This document shows positions 17,285 to 24,390 of a DNA stretch of 43,054 bases, piece after piece. This DNA is from Acetobacteraceae bacterium (GTDB lineage Bacteria > Pseudomonadota > Alphaproteobacteria > Acetobacterales > Acetobacteraceae), in NCBI GenBank assembly GCA_043742865.1, contig JAYTXR010000012.1:1-43054 (forward strand), read 5' to 3'. Position 1 is the stretch's first letter. Each line of letters starts with the position of its first letter. Under the pieces are notes generated by a model, which was given only the letters and a program-made list of their open reading frames with translations, searched no databases and was not told the DNA's origin. The position numbers and the translations under genes were made by a program.

Positions 17285-18070
17285 CTATCCTGACGTTTTA
17301 GCCTCCGTGCTGGCTTCGCCGATTGCCGCGAGCTCGCCGGTCATGCCGGCCAGCACTTCGGCGACATGGCGTGCCTGGGTGGCGCGCCCCTCCCGCTTCA
17401 GCCGTCCGGCGATATTCAGCAGGCAGCCCAGATCTCCCGCGAGCACCGTGGCAGCGCCGGTGGCGGCGATATCGGCGGTCTTGTCGGAGACCATCCGGAC
17501 GGAAATATCGGGGTATTTCACGCAGAATGTGCCACCGAAACCGCAACATATTTCCGGCTCTCGCATCTCCACGACCGTCGCACCCATCGCGCTCAGCAGC
17601 GCGCGCGGCTGCGCCTTGATGCCCAGTTCGCGCAGGCCGGAACAGCTGTCGTGATAGGTGTAGGTCTCCGCCGTTTTCGCTGCCACGTGCTCCACGCCGA
17701 GCACGTCGGTCAAGAACGAGACGAGTTCGAACGTCTTCGCCGCCAGCGCATCGGCACGGGCGCGCAGATTGGGATCGTCGTCGAACAGATGCGGCAGATG
17801 ATGGCGCAGCATGCCCGCGCAGGAGCCGGACGGGACGACGACATAGTCATAGCCGATGAACGCATCGACGACGCCGGCCGACAGGTCGCGCGTGGTGGCC
17901 CGGTCGCCGGTATTGTAGGCCGGCTGGCCGCAGCAGGTCTGCGCCCGCGGCACCTCCACCTGACAGCCGGCCTGCTCCAACAGCCGGATCGCGGCGAACC
18001 CCACCGATGGGCGGTGCAAATCCACCAGGCAGGTGACGAACAGGGCGACGCGCGGTTTTTTCTCGGACAT
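17285..18070 (-). CDS. lutA: (Fe-S)-binding CCG-domain protein, LutA/GlcF-like
   Basis: MSEKKPRVALFVTCLVDLHRPSVGFAAIRLLEQAGCQVEVPRAQTCCGQPAYNTGD, with a second CCG motif EPEICCGFGGTF. The layout is typical of LutA. Confidence 0.8.
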   Translation of the reverse strand: MSEKKPRVALFVTCLVDLHRPSVGFAAIRLLEQAGCQVEVPRAQTCCGQPAYNTGDRATTRDLSAGVVDAFIGYDYVVVPSGSCAGMLRHHLPHLFDDDPNLRARADALAAKTFELVSFLTDVLGVEHVAAKTAETYTYHDSCSGLRELGIKAQPRALLSAMGATVVEMREPEICCGFGGTFCVKYPDISVRMVSDKTADIAATGAATVLAGDLGCLLNIAGRLKREGRATQARHVAEVLAGMTGELAAIGEASTEAKTSG

Positions 18071-18075
18071 GGCGA

Positions 18076-18879
18076 TCAATCTATGGGCGTGACGCCGCTT
18101 AGGCTAGCCAGCCTCTCGCGGGCTATGGCCAGATAAGTCGGGTCAAGCTCAATGCCGATGCCGCGCGCCCCCTCCAGCGCCGCCGCGACCAGCGTGGTGC
18201 CGCTGCCCATGAACGGGTCGAGCACGGTGGCATTCTGTTTGCCGTGCAGCCTTATGCACCAGCGGGGCAGGGTGACCGGAAAGGTGCTGGGGTGGTGGAA
18301 TTTCTGCGCCCGGCTGTTGACCGTCTCGTACGGGATGAACCAGGTGTTGCCGCGGCAGCGCAGATCCCGCGCGTGACCGCGGCGGGCGATGTTGGATTTG
18401 TCCTTGAATGGCACGCCGATCGCCAGACGGTCGAGCTTCACCTGGCCGGTCAGGGTCAGGTGGAAGATATGCTCATGGTTGTGGTGCAGAAAGCGCTGTC
18501 CGCCGACCGGCTTGAAATGCCCGACGGAATCTGTGCCCACCGCAACGGATTTGATCCAGGTGATGTGGTTCTGCAGCACGAACTGCCGGCGCAGATGCAC
18601 GATCAGTTCGAACGGCAGCCATGGGGCGGTCGAAGAGCCGGCGATGTTCAGGAATAGCGACGCGTCCGGCTTCATCACCCGGCGGAGTTGCTCGGCGACT
18701 TCCGCCAGCCAGTCCAGATAGGCTTTTTCCCCCATTTGATCGTCATAGCTGCGATAGGCGATGCCTAGATTATAGGGCGGCGAGGTGACCACCACATCGA
18801 CCGATCCGGCGGCAAGGCAGGGCAGCACCGTAAGACAGTCGCCGTGGATCATGCGATGCGGATCAACCGCGACATCCAC
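18076..18879 (-). CDS. Beta-class N4/N6 DNA methyltransferase (orphan)
   Basis: 267 aa. Catalytic motif IV VVTSPPYNLG is N-terminal and the AdoMet motif I VLDPFMGSGTTLVAAA is C-terminal, which is the beta-class order. No restriction endonuclease candidate is adjacent. Start is a GTG at 18879 or an ATG at 18852. Confidence 0.85.
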   Translation of the reverse strand: MDVAVDPHRMIHGDCLTVLPCLAAGSVDVVVTSPPYNLGIAYRSYDDQMGEKAYLDWLAEVAEQLRRVMKPDASLFLNIAGSSTAPWLPFELIVHLRRQFVLQNHITWIKSVAVGTDSVGHFKPVGGQRFLHHNHEHIFHLTLTGQVKLDRLAIGVPFKDKSNIARRGHARDLRCRGNTWFIPYETVNSRAQKFHHPSTFPVTLPRWCIRLHGKQNATVLDPFMGSGTTLVAAALEGARGIGIELDPTYLAIARERLASLSGVTPID

Positions 18880-18890
18880 GGGCTAGAGCA

Positions 18891-18923
18891 TGATAGGATC
18901 ATGTCCTTCCCATGATCCTATCA
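18891..18923. promoter_or_regulatory. 13-bp perfect inverted repeat between mltA and the methyltransferase gene
   Basis: TGATAGGATCATG (18891-18903), loop TCCTTCC, CATGATCCTATCA (18911-18923). It lies 12 nt upstream of the methyltransferase GTG. Each arm contains GATC. It could be a transcript hairpin or an operator. Confidence 0.5.
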
Positions 18924-18981
18924 CGCCTGCCAAAACAAAGCCTGGAGCCCGCCCGGTTCTTCTATCTGCGCCGAACATGCT

Positions 18982-20184
18982 CTAGGGAGCCGTCGCACGC
19001 GGCAGCAGCAGCCAGGCACGGCCGGGCTGGCGCATCCGGCCCGCGCGGTCCTCGGCGTGCGCGCCCCAGCCGAAAAACAAATCCCCGCGCAGCGCGCCCT
19101 GGATGGCGCTGCCGGTGTCCTGCGCCAGGGTCAGCCGCCGTAGCGGCTGCGCGTTCAGCGGGTCCGTGGTCTCGACAAACACCGGTGCGCCCAGCGGCAG
19201 CCATCGCGGGTCCACCGCCAGCGACCGGCCAGGGGTCAGCGCCACGCCGAACGCACCGGGTGCGCCCTCGTCCTGGGTCAATCCCGGCAATTCGCGGAAA
19301 AACACGTAAGACGGGTTCTCGTCCATCAGTGTCGCCGCCTTGCCCGGATCGGCGGCCAGCCACGCGCGGATGGTCTGCATCGACACCTGATCGGCGGGGA
19401 TTTCCCCGCGCTGAGCCAACAGCCGGCCGATCGGCACGTAGGCAAGGCCATTCTTGCCGGCATAGCCGACCCGGGCGATGGCCCCGTTCGGCAAGCGCAC
19501 CCGGCCGGAGCCCTGCACCTGGAGCAAAAACGCATCCACCGGGTCGGCCAGCCAGAACAGCTCCAGCCCGCGATGGGACAAGGCCCCGGCCGCGATTTGG
19601 GCGCGGTCGTAATAGGGCACCAGATGGCCATCGCTCAGCCGGCCGATCGTCGTGCCCTCGCCAGGCGATCCCGGCCCGGGGTCTGCCTGGACCAAGTCCT
19701 TCGGTAACGCCAGGATCGGAGTCTGGTAGATGCCGCCGCGCCGGCGGGCACCCCGCACCTCGGGCTCGTAATAGCCAGTGAACAGCGCCTCGCTTCGTCC
19801 GTTGACGGTGATCGTATAGGGCTGGAACCAGCGCTCGAAGAACGCGCGCGCGCCATTATCGTCATTCGCCCGCAATTGTTCGGCCGCGGCGCAGAGCGTG
19901 CCCCATTGTCCGGCCGTGCCGGCCAGCCGGCTTGCATCGCCGGCGCCGCCAAGCTTTTGGACGGGCGGCAGGTCGGCGACGCCGCCACAGCTGCGCAACA
20001 GCGCGGGAACGGCCGCCCAGGAAGGATCGATGCTCCAGCCGGGCAGAGCGTCGAAGCTGGCCAGTGTCAGCGTGGGCGTGCCGGAGGGCGCCACACAACC
20101 AGGTAAACATAGCAGGGCGGCGCCGGCGGCCCGGGCGAGCAGGGCACGGGTCAGCAAAATCTCGTCAAGCCGAGCTGGCCGCAA
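18982..20184 (-). CDS. mltA: Membrane-bound lytic murein transglycosylase A
   Basis: 400 aa. It has the lipobox LPGC and an MltA-domain pattern (FFERWFQPY, FTGYYEP, YYDRAQI). The C-terminal 3D-domain pattern is DTGSAIQG..RGDLFFG. The TTG start overlaps the 3' end of the Tim44 gene by 20 nt. Confidence 0.85.
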   Translation of the reverse strand: MRPARLDEILLTRALLARAAGAALLCLPGCVAPSGTPTLTLASFDALPGWSIDPSWAAVPALLRSCGGVADLPPVQKLGGAGDASRLAGTAGQWGTLCAAAEQLRANDDNGARAFFERWFQPYTITVNGRSEALFTGYYEPEVRGARRRGGIYQTPILALPKDLVQADPGPGSPGEGTTIGRLSDGHLVPYYDRAQIAAGALSHRGLELFWLADPVDAFLLQVQGSGRVRLPNGAIARVGYAGKNGLAYVPIGRLLAQRGEIPADQVSMQTIRAWLAADPGKAATLMDENPSYVFFRELPGLTQDEGAPGAFGVALTPGRSLAVDPRWLPLGAPVFVETTDPLNAQPLRRLTLAQDTGSAIQGALRGDLFFGWGAHAEDRAGRMRQPGRAWLLLPRATAP

Positions 20185-20824
20185 CCAGGCGCCAAACCGG
20201 ATCGCTCGCGCTCAGATCGTGCTCGAAACTCCAGAGATCCACCAGTTCGGTTACCGCGTCCGTGCCGGCCACCGGAGTGCCGCCCGCGTCGTGGGTCAGA
20301 CTGATCTGGTCGGATACGAAGCGGACCGTCAGCTTGGCGAGCGTGCCGTGCAGTTCCGCCTGCTCGATCGTGGCGGACTGGATCGCGCGAACCTCGCTGA
20401 CCTGGGTGTGGCCGGCCGCCTCGCGCGCCGTGATCGCGCTGTCGAAAGCACCGTACGTGGCGTCCGACAATAACGGGCGCAACGTGGCGCGGTCGCCCTT
20501 GGCAAAGCCGCCGACGATGATGCGGAACGCCTGTTCCGCGCCGTTCAGGAAGCCGGCGGGATCGAAGCTGGGATCGCTGGCGCGCATGGCGGACAGGGTT
20601 TGTCCGACCGGGCTCTCCGGATCGGGCTGCGCGCGGGAAGCGGCCGGCGCCACCGGCTCGGCGCGGCCTTCGATCACCGGATTGGCTGGCGAGGCGGGCG
20701 GCGGATACGCCGCCGGCGGACGCTCATAGCCGGTACGCCGGCCAAGGATGCTGCGTAGCCGCAGCACCAGGAAAGCCGCGATCATCCCGAACAGGATCAG
20801 GTCAATCGGAAATCCGCCATCCAT
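20165..20824 (-). CDS. Tim44-domain-containing membrane protein
   Basis: 219 aa from the ATG at 20824. MDGGFPIDLILFGMIAAFLVLRLRSILGRR is an N-terminal TM. A proline-rich linker follows, then a Tim44-like C-terminal domain (FDPAGFLNGAEQAFRIIVGGFAKGD...). This gene is conserved next to mltA in alphaproteobacteria. Confidence 0.8.
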   Translation of the reverse strand: MDGGFPIDLILFGMIAAFLVLRLRSILGRRTGYERPPAAYPPPASPANPVIEGRAEPVAPAASRAQPDPESPVGQTLSAMRASDPSFDPAGFLNGAEQAFRIIVGGFAKGDRATLRPLLSDATYGAFDSAITAREAAGHTQVSEVRAIQSATIEQAELHGTLAKLTVRFVSDQISLTHDAGGTPVAGTDAVTELVDLWSFEHDLSASDPVWRLVAASSA

Positions 20825-20880
20825 AGGTCTTACTCCATTGAAGATCAGACATAGGCGGCTGGGGCGCGCCAGACAACTAC

Positions 20881-20937
20881 GGAACATTGCCCCCCGGAAC
20901 ATTGCCCCCGGAACATTGCCTATGGAACATTGCCCCG
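20881..20937. repeat. Four tandem copies of a 14-15 bp unit GGAACATTGCCCC(C)
   Basis: Copies at 20881-20895, 20896-20909, 20910-20923 (variant ...GCCTAT) and 20924-20937. They sit in the divergent intergenic region between the Tim44 gene (start 20824) and the histidine phosphatase gene (start 20966). Confidence 0.9.
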
Positions 20938-20965
20938 CCGGGTGCAGGCGGCTATTTCGTGGGAT

Positions 20966-21520
20966 ATGATCCTGCTCCGTCACGGCCAGAGCGAATTCAA
21001 CCTGCATTTCTCCGTCACGCGCGTCGATCCCGGTATCGTCGATCCGCGGCTGACCCCGCTCGGTCACGAGCAGGCGCAGGCGGCAGCCGAGACCCTGCGC
21101 CATGAGCGCATCCGGCGCATCATCTGCTCGCCATACACCCGGGCGCTGCAGACCGCCGAGCCGCTGGCCCGGATGCTGGGCGTACAGGTGCTGATCCACC
21201 CGGTGGTGCGGGAGCGCTATAAATTCGCCTGCGACATCGGCAGCCCGCGCATCGACCTGGAGCGCGACTGGCCGCACCGCGACTTTTCCGGCATCGAGGA
21301 GATCTGGTGGCCGGCGATCGAGGAGCCGGCGGCCTCGATCATCGACCGCGCGCGGCTGTTCCGGGCGGAAATGTCGGCGCTGCAGGACTGGTCCGACACG
21401 CTGGTCGTCAGCCATTGGGGCTTTATTTTGTCGATGACCGGAACCAGCGTCATGAACGGGCAATGGCTGCGCTGCGACCCGACGCAGCCGGCGCCGGAAG
21501 AAATCGTGTGGCGCGCGTAA
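20966..21520 (+). CDS. Histidine phosphatase family protein (phosphoglycerate-mutase-like)
   Basis: MILLRHGQSEFN carries the RHG catalytic motif. A C-terminal SHWGF region is present. About 184 aa. Confidence 0.8.
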   Translation: MILLRHGQSEFNLHFSVTRVDPGIVDPRLTPLGHEQAQAAAETLRHERIRRIICSPYTRALQTAEPLARMLGVQVLIHPVVRERYKFACDIGSPRIDLERDWPHRDFSGIEEIWWPAIEEPAASIIDRARLFRAEMSALQDWSDTLVVSHWGFILSMTGTSVMNGQWLRCDPTQPAPEEIVWRA

Positions 21521-21624
21521 TTGAACTTTGGGGACCCCGGATGGCATTCGGCGGGCATCCATGCTACCGGCGCCCCTTATTCGGCCGGCGCTAGCCCGGC
21601 TTGGGAACTTATACGGAGAGCAGA

Positions 21625-22191
21625 ATGTCGGACGCACAGAATGGCCAGCAGCCAACCCCGACCGGCACAGCCACCGCACCCCAAACACCGCCGCTGGTGG
21701 TGAACATTCAATATGTGAAGGATCTGTCCTTCGAGGTGCCAGGCGCGCCGGCCATCTTCACCCAATTGAAGGCGAACCCGACGGTCAACATCAATCTGGA
21801 TGTGCAGGCGCGCCGGATCACGGACGGGCAGAACGTGTTCGAGGTGGCGCTGGTCATCCGCGCCGAGGCGCATGAGCCCCCGCCCGCCGAGGGCGCCGTT
21901 TCCGGCACCACCCAGCCGGCCAACCCCCAGGCCGTGTTCGTCGCCGAGCTGACCTATGCCGGCGTGTTCACGCTGAGCAACCTGCCGGACAACGCGGTCG
22001 AGCCGGTACTCCTGGTGGAATGTCCGCGCGTGCTGTTCCCGTTCGCGCGCAACATCCTGGCCGAAGTGACCCGCGACGGCGGCTTTCCGCCGGTGCTGTT
22101 GCAGCCGATCGACTTTGTTGCCCTCTGGCAGAGCCGTCGGACCCCGGTGGCCGGCGCTCCTGGCGTCGTCGTGCCGCCGATCACCAACTGA
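21625..22191 (+). CDS. secB: Protein-export chaperone SecB
   Basis: The ATG at 21625 is preceded by GGAGAG. LVVNIQYVKDLSFEVPGAP...FVAELTYAGVFTL...LLVECPRVLFPFARNILAEVTRDGGFPPVLLQPIDF is the SecB core. Confidence 0.9.
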   Translation: MSDAQNGQQPTPTGTATAPQTPPLVVNIQYVKDLSFEVPGAPAIFTQLKANPTVNINLDVQARRITDGQNVFEVALVIRAEAHEPPPAEGAVSGTTQPANPQAVFVAELTYAGVFTLSNLPDNAVEPVLLVECPRVLFPFARNILAEVTRDGGFPPVLLQPIDFVALWQSRRTPVAGAPGVVVPPITN

Positions 22192-22201
22192 ATTCGGGAT
22201 C

Positions 22202-23182
22202 ATGCAGCAGCATAATTTCGGCCCGCTCCCTCGTGTGTCCACCCTGACACTGGGTGGCGGCGGCATCGGCATGCTGTGGGGCGAGACCACCGAGGCCGAG
22301 TGCATCGGCGTGGTCCAGGACGCGGTGCGCGCCGGCATCAACCTGCTCGATCTGGCGCCACGCTATGGCGACGGCAAAGCCGAGCTGGTTGTCGGCGCGG
22401 CCTTCGAGGGCCGATTGCCGGACGGTGTCCGTGTGACCAGCAAGTGCAACCTCGGCGCCACGCCGCCGGCTGAGATCGAGACCGTCTTGCGCCGTTCGAT
22501 CGAGGACAGCCTGAAGCGGCTGCGACTGTCGCGGCTGGACCTGTTTTTCCTGCACTCCAACGTCGTGCCGGAAGGCCTCGCGACATCGGCGAGTGCCGAG
22601 GGCGCGACCCGCATGACCGCCTATCCGGTTTTCGTCGACCATGTGCGCCCGTTGTTTGAGCGCTTTGTCGCGGAGGGGTTGATTGGCGCCTGGGGCCTGA
22701 CCGGCATCGGCCATCCTGACACCATTCTTCGGCTGCTGCACGAAACCCCGCGACCCGCGGCGGTGCAATGCATTGCCAACCTGCTCGACAGCCCTGGGGG
22801 GCTGAAATTCTTCGACGGCCCCGCCAAGCCCCGCGCCGTGATCGCCGCGGCCCGGGCCAACGGCGTTGGCGTGATGGGCATCCGCGCCGCGCAGGCCGGA
22901 GCGCTCACCGCGGGGATCGACCGCAAGCTGCCGCCCGGCCATCCTGAGATCCGCGACTACGCCAGGGCCGCCGGCTTCCGCGCGATCTGCGCCGAACTGG
23001 GCGAAAACCCGGCCGTCATCGCGCATCGCTACGCTCTGGCGCTGGACATCGACACGCTGGTGCTGGGTGTAAAAAACCGGGTGGAGCTCGCCGAATGCGT
23101 CGCCGCCGCCGAAGTCGGCCCCTTGTCGGCCGACCTGATGGCCCGGATCGACGGATCGGTGGACCGCTCCGCCGACATCTGA
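22202..23182 (+). CDS. Aldo/keto reductase family oxidoreductase
   Basis: 326 aa. LGGGGIGMLWG...INLLDLAPRYGDGKAELVVG...LDLFFLHS is the AKR pattern. Confidence 0.8.
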   Translation: MQQHNFGPLPRVSTLTLGGGGIGMLWGETTEAECIGVVQDAVRAGINLLDLAPRYGDGKAELVVGAAFEGRLPDGVRVTSKCNLGATPPAEIETVLRRSIEDSLKRLRLSRLDLFFLHSNVVPEGLATSASAEGATRMTAYPVFVDHVRPLFERFVAEGLIGAWGLTGIGHPDTILRLLHETPRPAAVQCIANLLDSPGGLKFFDGPAKPRAVIAAARANGVGVMGIRAAQAGALTAGIDRKLPPGHPEIRDYARAAGFRAICAELGENPAVIAHRYALALDIDTLVLGVKNRVELAECVAAAEVGPLSADLMARIDGSVDRSADI

Positions 23183-23193
23183 TCGGAAATGGT

Positions 23194-23252
23194 CCGGCCA
23201 GGATCTGCCCGGACAGGATATGCCCGGACAGGATCTGCCGGACAGGAACTGC
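23194..23252. repeat. Four tandem copies of a 14-15 bp unit CCGGACAGGATCTG(C)
   Basis: CCGGCCAGGATCTGC, CCGGACAGGATATGC, CCGGACAGGATCTG, CCGGACAGGAACTGC. The array lies between the convergent stops of the AKR gene (23182) and xerD (23258). Confidence 0.9.
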
Positions 23253-23257
23253 GAGGA

Positions 23258-24172
23258 TCATTTAGCCAGCGGATGATGCGCTTCGACCAGGCGCTGCAAA
23301 CGCTCTGACTGCACATGCGTATAAATCTGCGTGGTGGCGATATCGGCATGGCCAAGCAGCAATTGCAGGCTTCGCAGATCCGCCCCGCGCGCCAGCATGT
23401 GCGAGGCGAAGGAGTGACGCAGCACATGCGGCGACACGAGCGCGGGATCGAGCCCGGCATCGGTCGCGATCTGCTTCATCAGCAGCGCAAAACCCTGCCG
23501 TGTCATTGCCTGGCGCGGGTTGCGTCCGGGAAATAGCCAGGGGCTGACAGCCTTGGGGTCGTCGTTCCCAGCACCCGGCAATGAACCCACAAAATCCCCG
23601 GTCGCCCGTTTCGCCGCATCTGATAACGGCACCATCCGCTCCTTGCCGCCTTTGCCGCGGACCAGCAGGACCGCCGCATCGCCGGCCAACGCCCCCCGCC
23701 GCAGCGCCAACAGCTCCGACACGCGCAATCCGGTCGCATAAAGGATCTCCAGCGCCGCGCGCGCCAGCTTCCCCTGCTGACCCGCCCTCGCGGCCCCAGC
23801 CTCCATCAGCGCGTCCACTTCTTGCTCCGTCAGGTATTTCGGCAGCGATCGCGACAGCCCTGGGCTATCCAGAAATGTGGTTGGATCATCGGGACGCACG
23901 CCCTCGCGCAACAGGAAACGGAAGAATTGCCGCAATGCCGATAGCCGGCGAGCCGCCGTGCGCGCCGACAGCCCTGCCGGCGCTAACCCCGCCATATAGT
24001 TTTGCAGGGTAATCGCGTCCGCCCCTGAAGGACCCATTTTCCGGGTGGCCGCGAAAGCGGAAAAATCGCCGAGATCGGCACCGTAGGCCGCCAGCGTGTT
24101 GCGCGCCGCGCCGCGTTCAGCCGCAAGCATCTCCAGGAAGGCCTCGATATGACGCTCCTGGATGGCCGGCAC
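23258..24172 (-). CDS. xerD: Site-specific tyrosine recombinase XerD
   Basis: 304 aa. The N-terminal SAM-like domain is IEAFLEMLAAERGAARNTLAAYGADL. The catalytic region shows ATGLRVSELLAL...GKGGKERMVPL...HVLRHSFASHML..GADLRSLQLLLGHADIATTQIYTHV. Its position next to aroK/aroB is as in many alphaproteobacteria. XerC cannot be fully excluded. Confidence 0.8.
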   Translation of the reverse strand: MPAIQERHIEAFLEMLAAERGAARNTLAAYGADLGDFSAFAATRKMGPSGADAITLQNYMAGLAPAGLSARTAARRLSALRQFFRFLLREGVRPDDPTTFLDSPGLSRSLPKYLTEQEVDALMEAGAARAGQQGKLARAALEILYATGLRVSELLALRRGALAGDAAVLLVRGKGGKERMVPLSDAAKRATGDFVGSLPGAGNDDPKAVSPWLFPGRNPRQAMTRQGFALLMKQIATDAGLDPALVSPHVLRHSFASHMLARGADLRSLQLLLGHADIATTQIYTHVQSERLQRLVEAHHPLAK

Positions 24173-24316
24173 TCAACCGCTCTTGAACTGGTCGTTCGGC
24201 AGAACCTTCTCCACCGGCTGGATCGACGGATTGGGCGGAAACGCCCCCAGCAACAGCGCGCCCGCACCGAGCAGCACCCCAACAGCGACGATTATCACGA
24301 CAACAAGGCGGTTCAT
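24173..24316 (-). CDS. Small membrane protein (47 aa), hypothetical
   Basis: MNRLVVVIIVAVGVLLGAGALLLGAFPPNPSIQPVEKVLPNDQFKSG has one TM helix. Its stop directly abuts the xerD start. Only the 3' part of track ORF 24173-24550 looks coding. Confidence 0.45.
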   Translation of the reverse strand: MNRLVVVIIVAVGVLLGAGALLLGAFPPNPSIQPVEKVLPNDQFKSG

Positions 24317-24390
24317 CGGGACGTGAACGACTCCATAGACGGCGAGCCAGTTTGGCCTGCGCGTGCCTGGCTGTGCTAGCCTCCAGAACC

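Noticed and set aside
20881-20937. GGAAC repeats as EcfG/ECF (GGAAC-N16-17-CGTT) or sigma54 (GG-N10-GC) promoters
   Set aside because: No CGTT lies 16-17 nt after any GGAAC in the array. The GG-to-TTGC spacing within or between units (5 or 19 nt) does not fit the -24/-12 geometry. I also checked GGAAC occurrences near otsA, the GT4 gene, secB and the gspL-like gene, with no match.
20825-21688. N-terminal 288-aa extension of the Tim44-domain ORF (track ORF 20165-21688)
   Set aside because: The extension runs through the tandem repeat array and is antisense to the histidine phosphatase gene and the secB upstream region. The homologous protein begins at the TM helix MDGGFPIDLILFG (ATG at 20824).
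7767-23252. Tandem repeat arrays (7.8 kb, 9.0 kb, 20.9 kb, 23.2 kb) as CRISPR arrays
   Set aside because: The units are only 14-27 bp and directly abutting, with no unique spacers. No cas genes are present.
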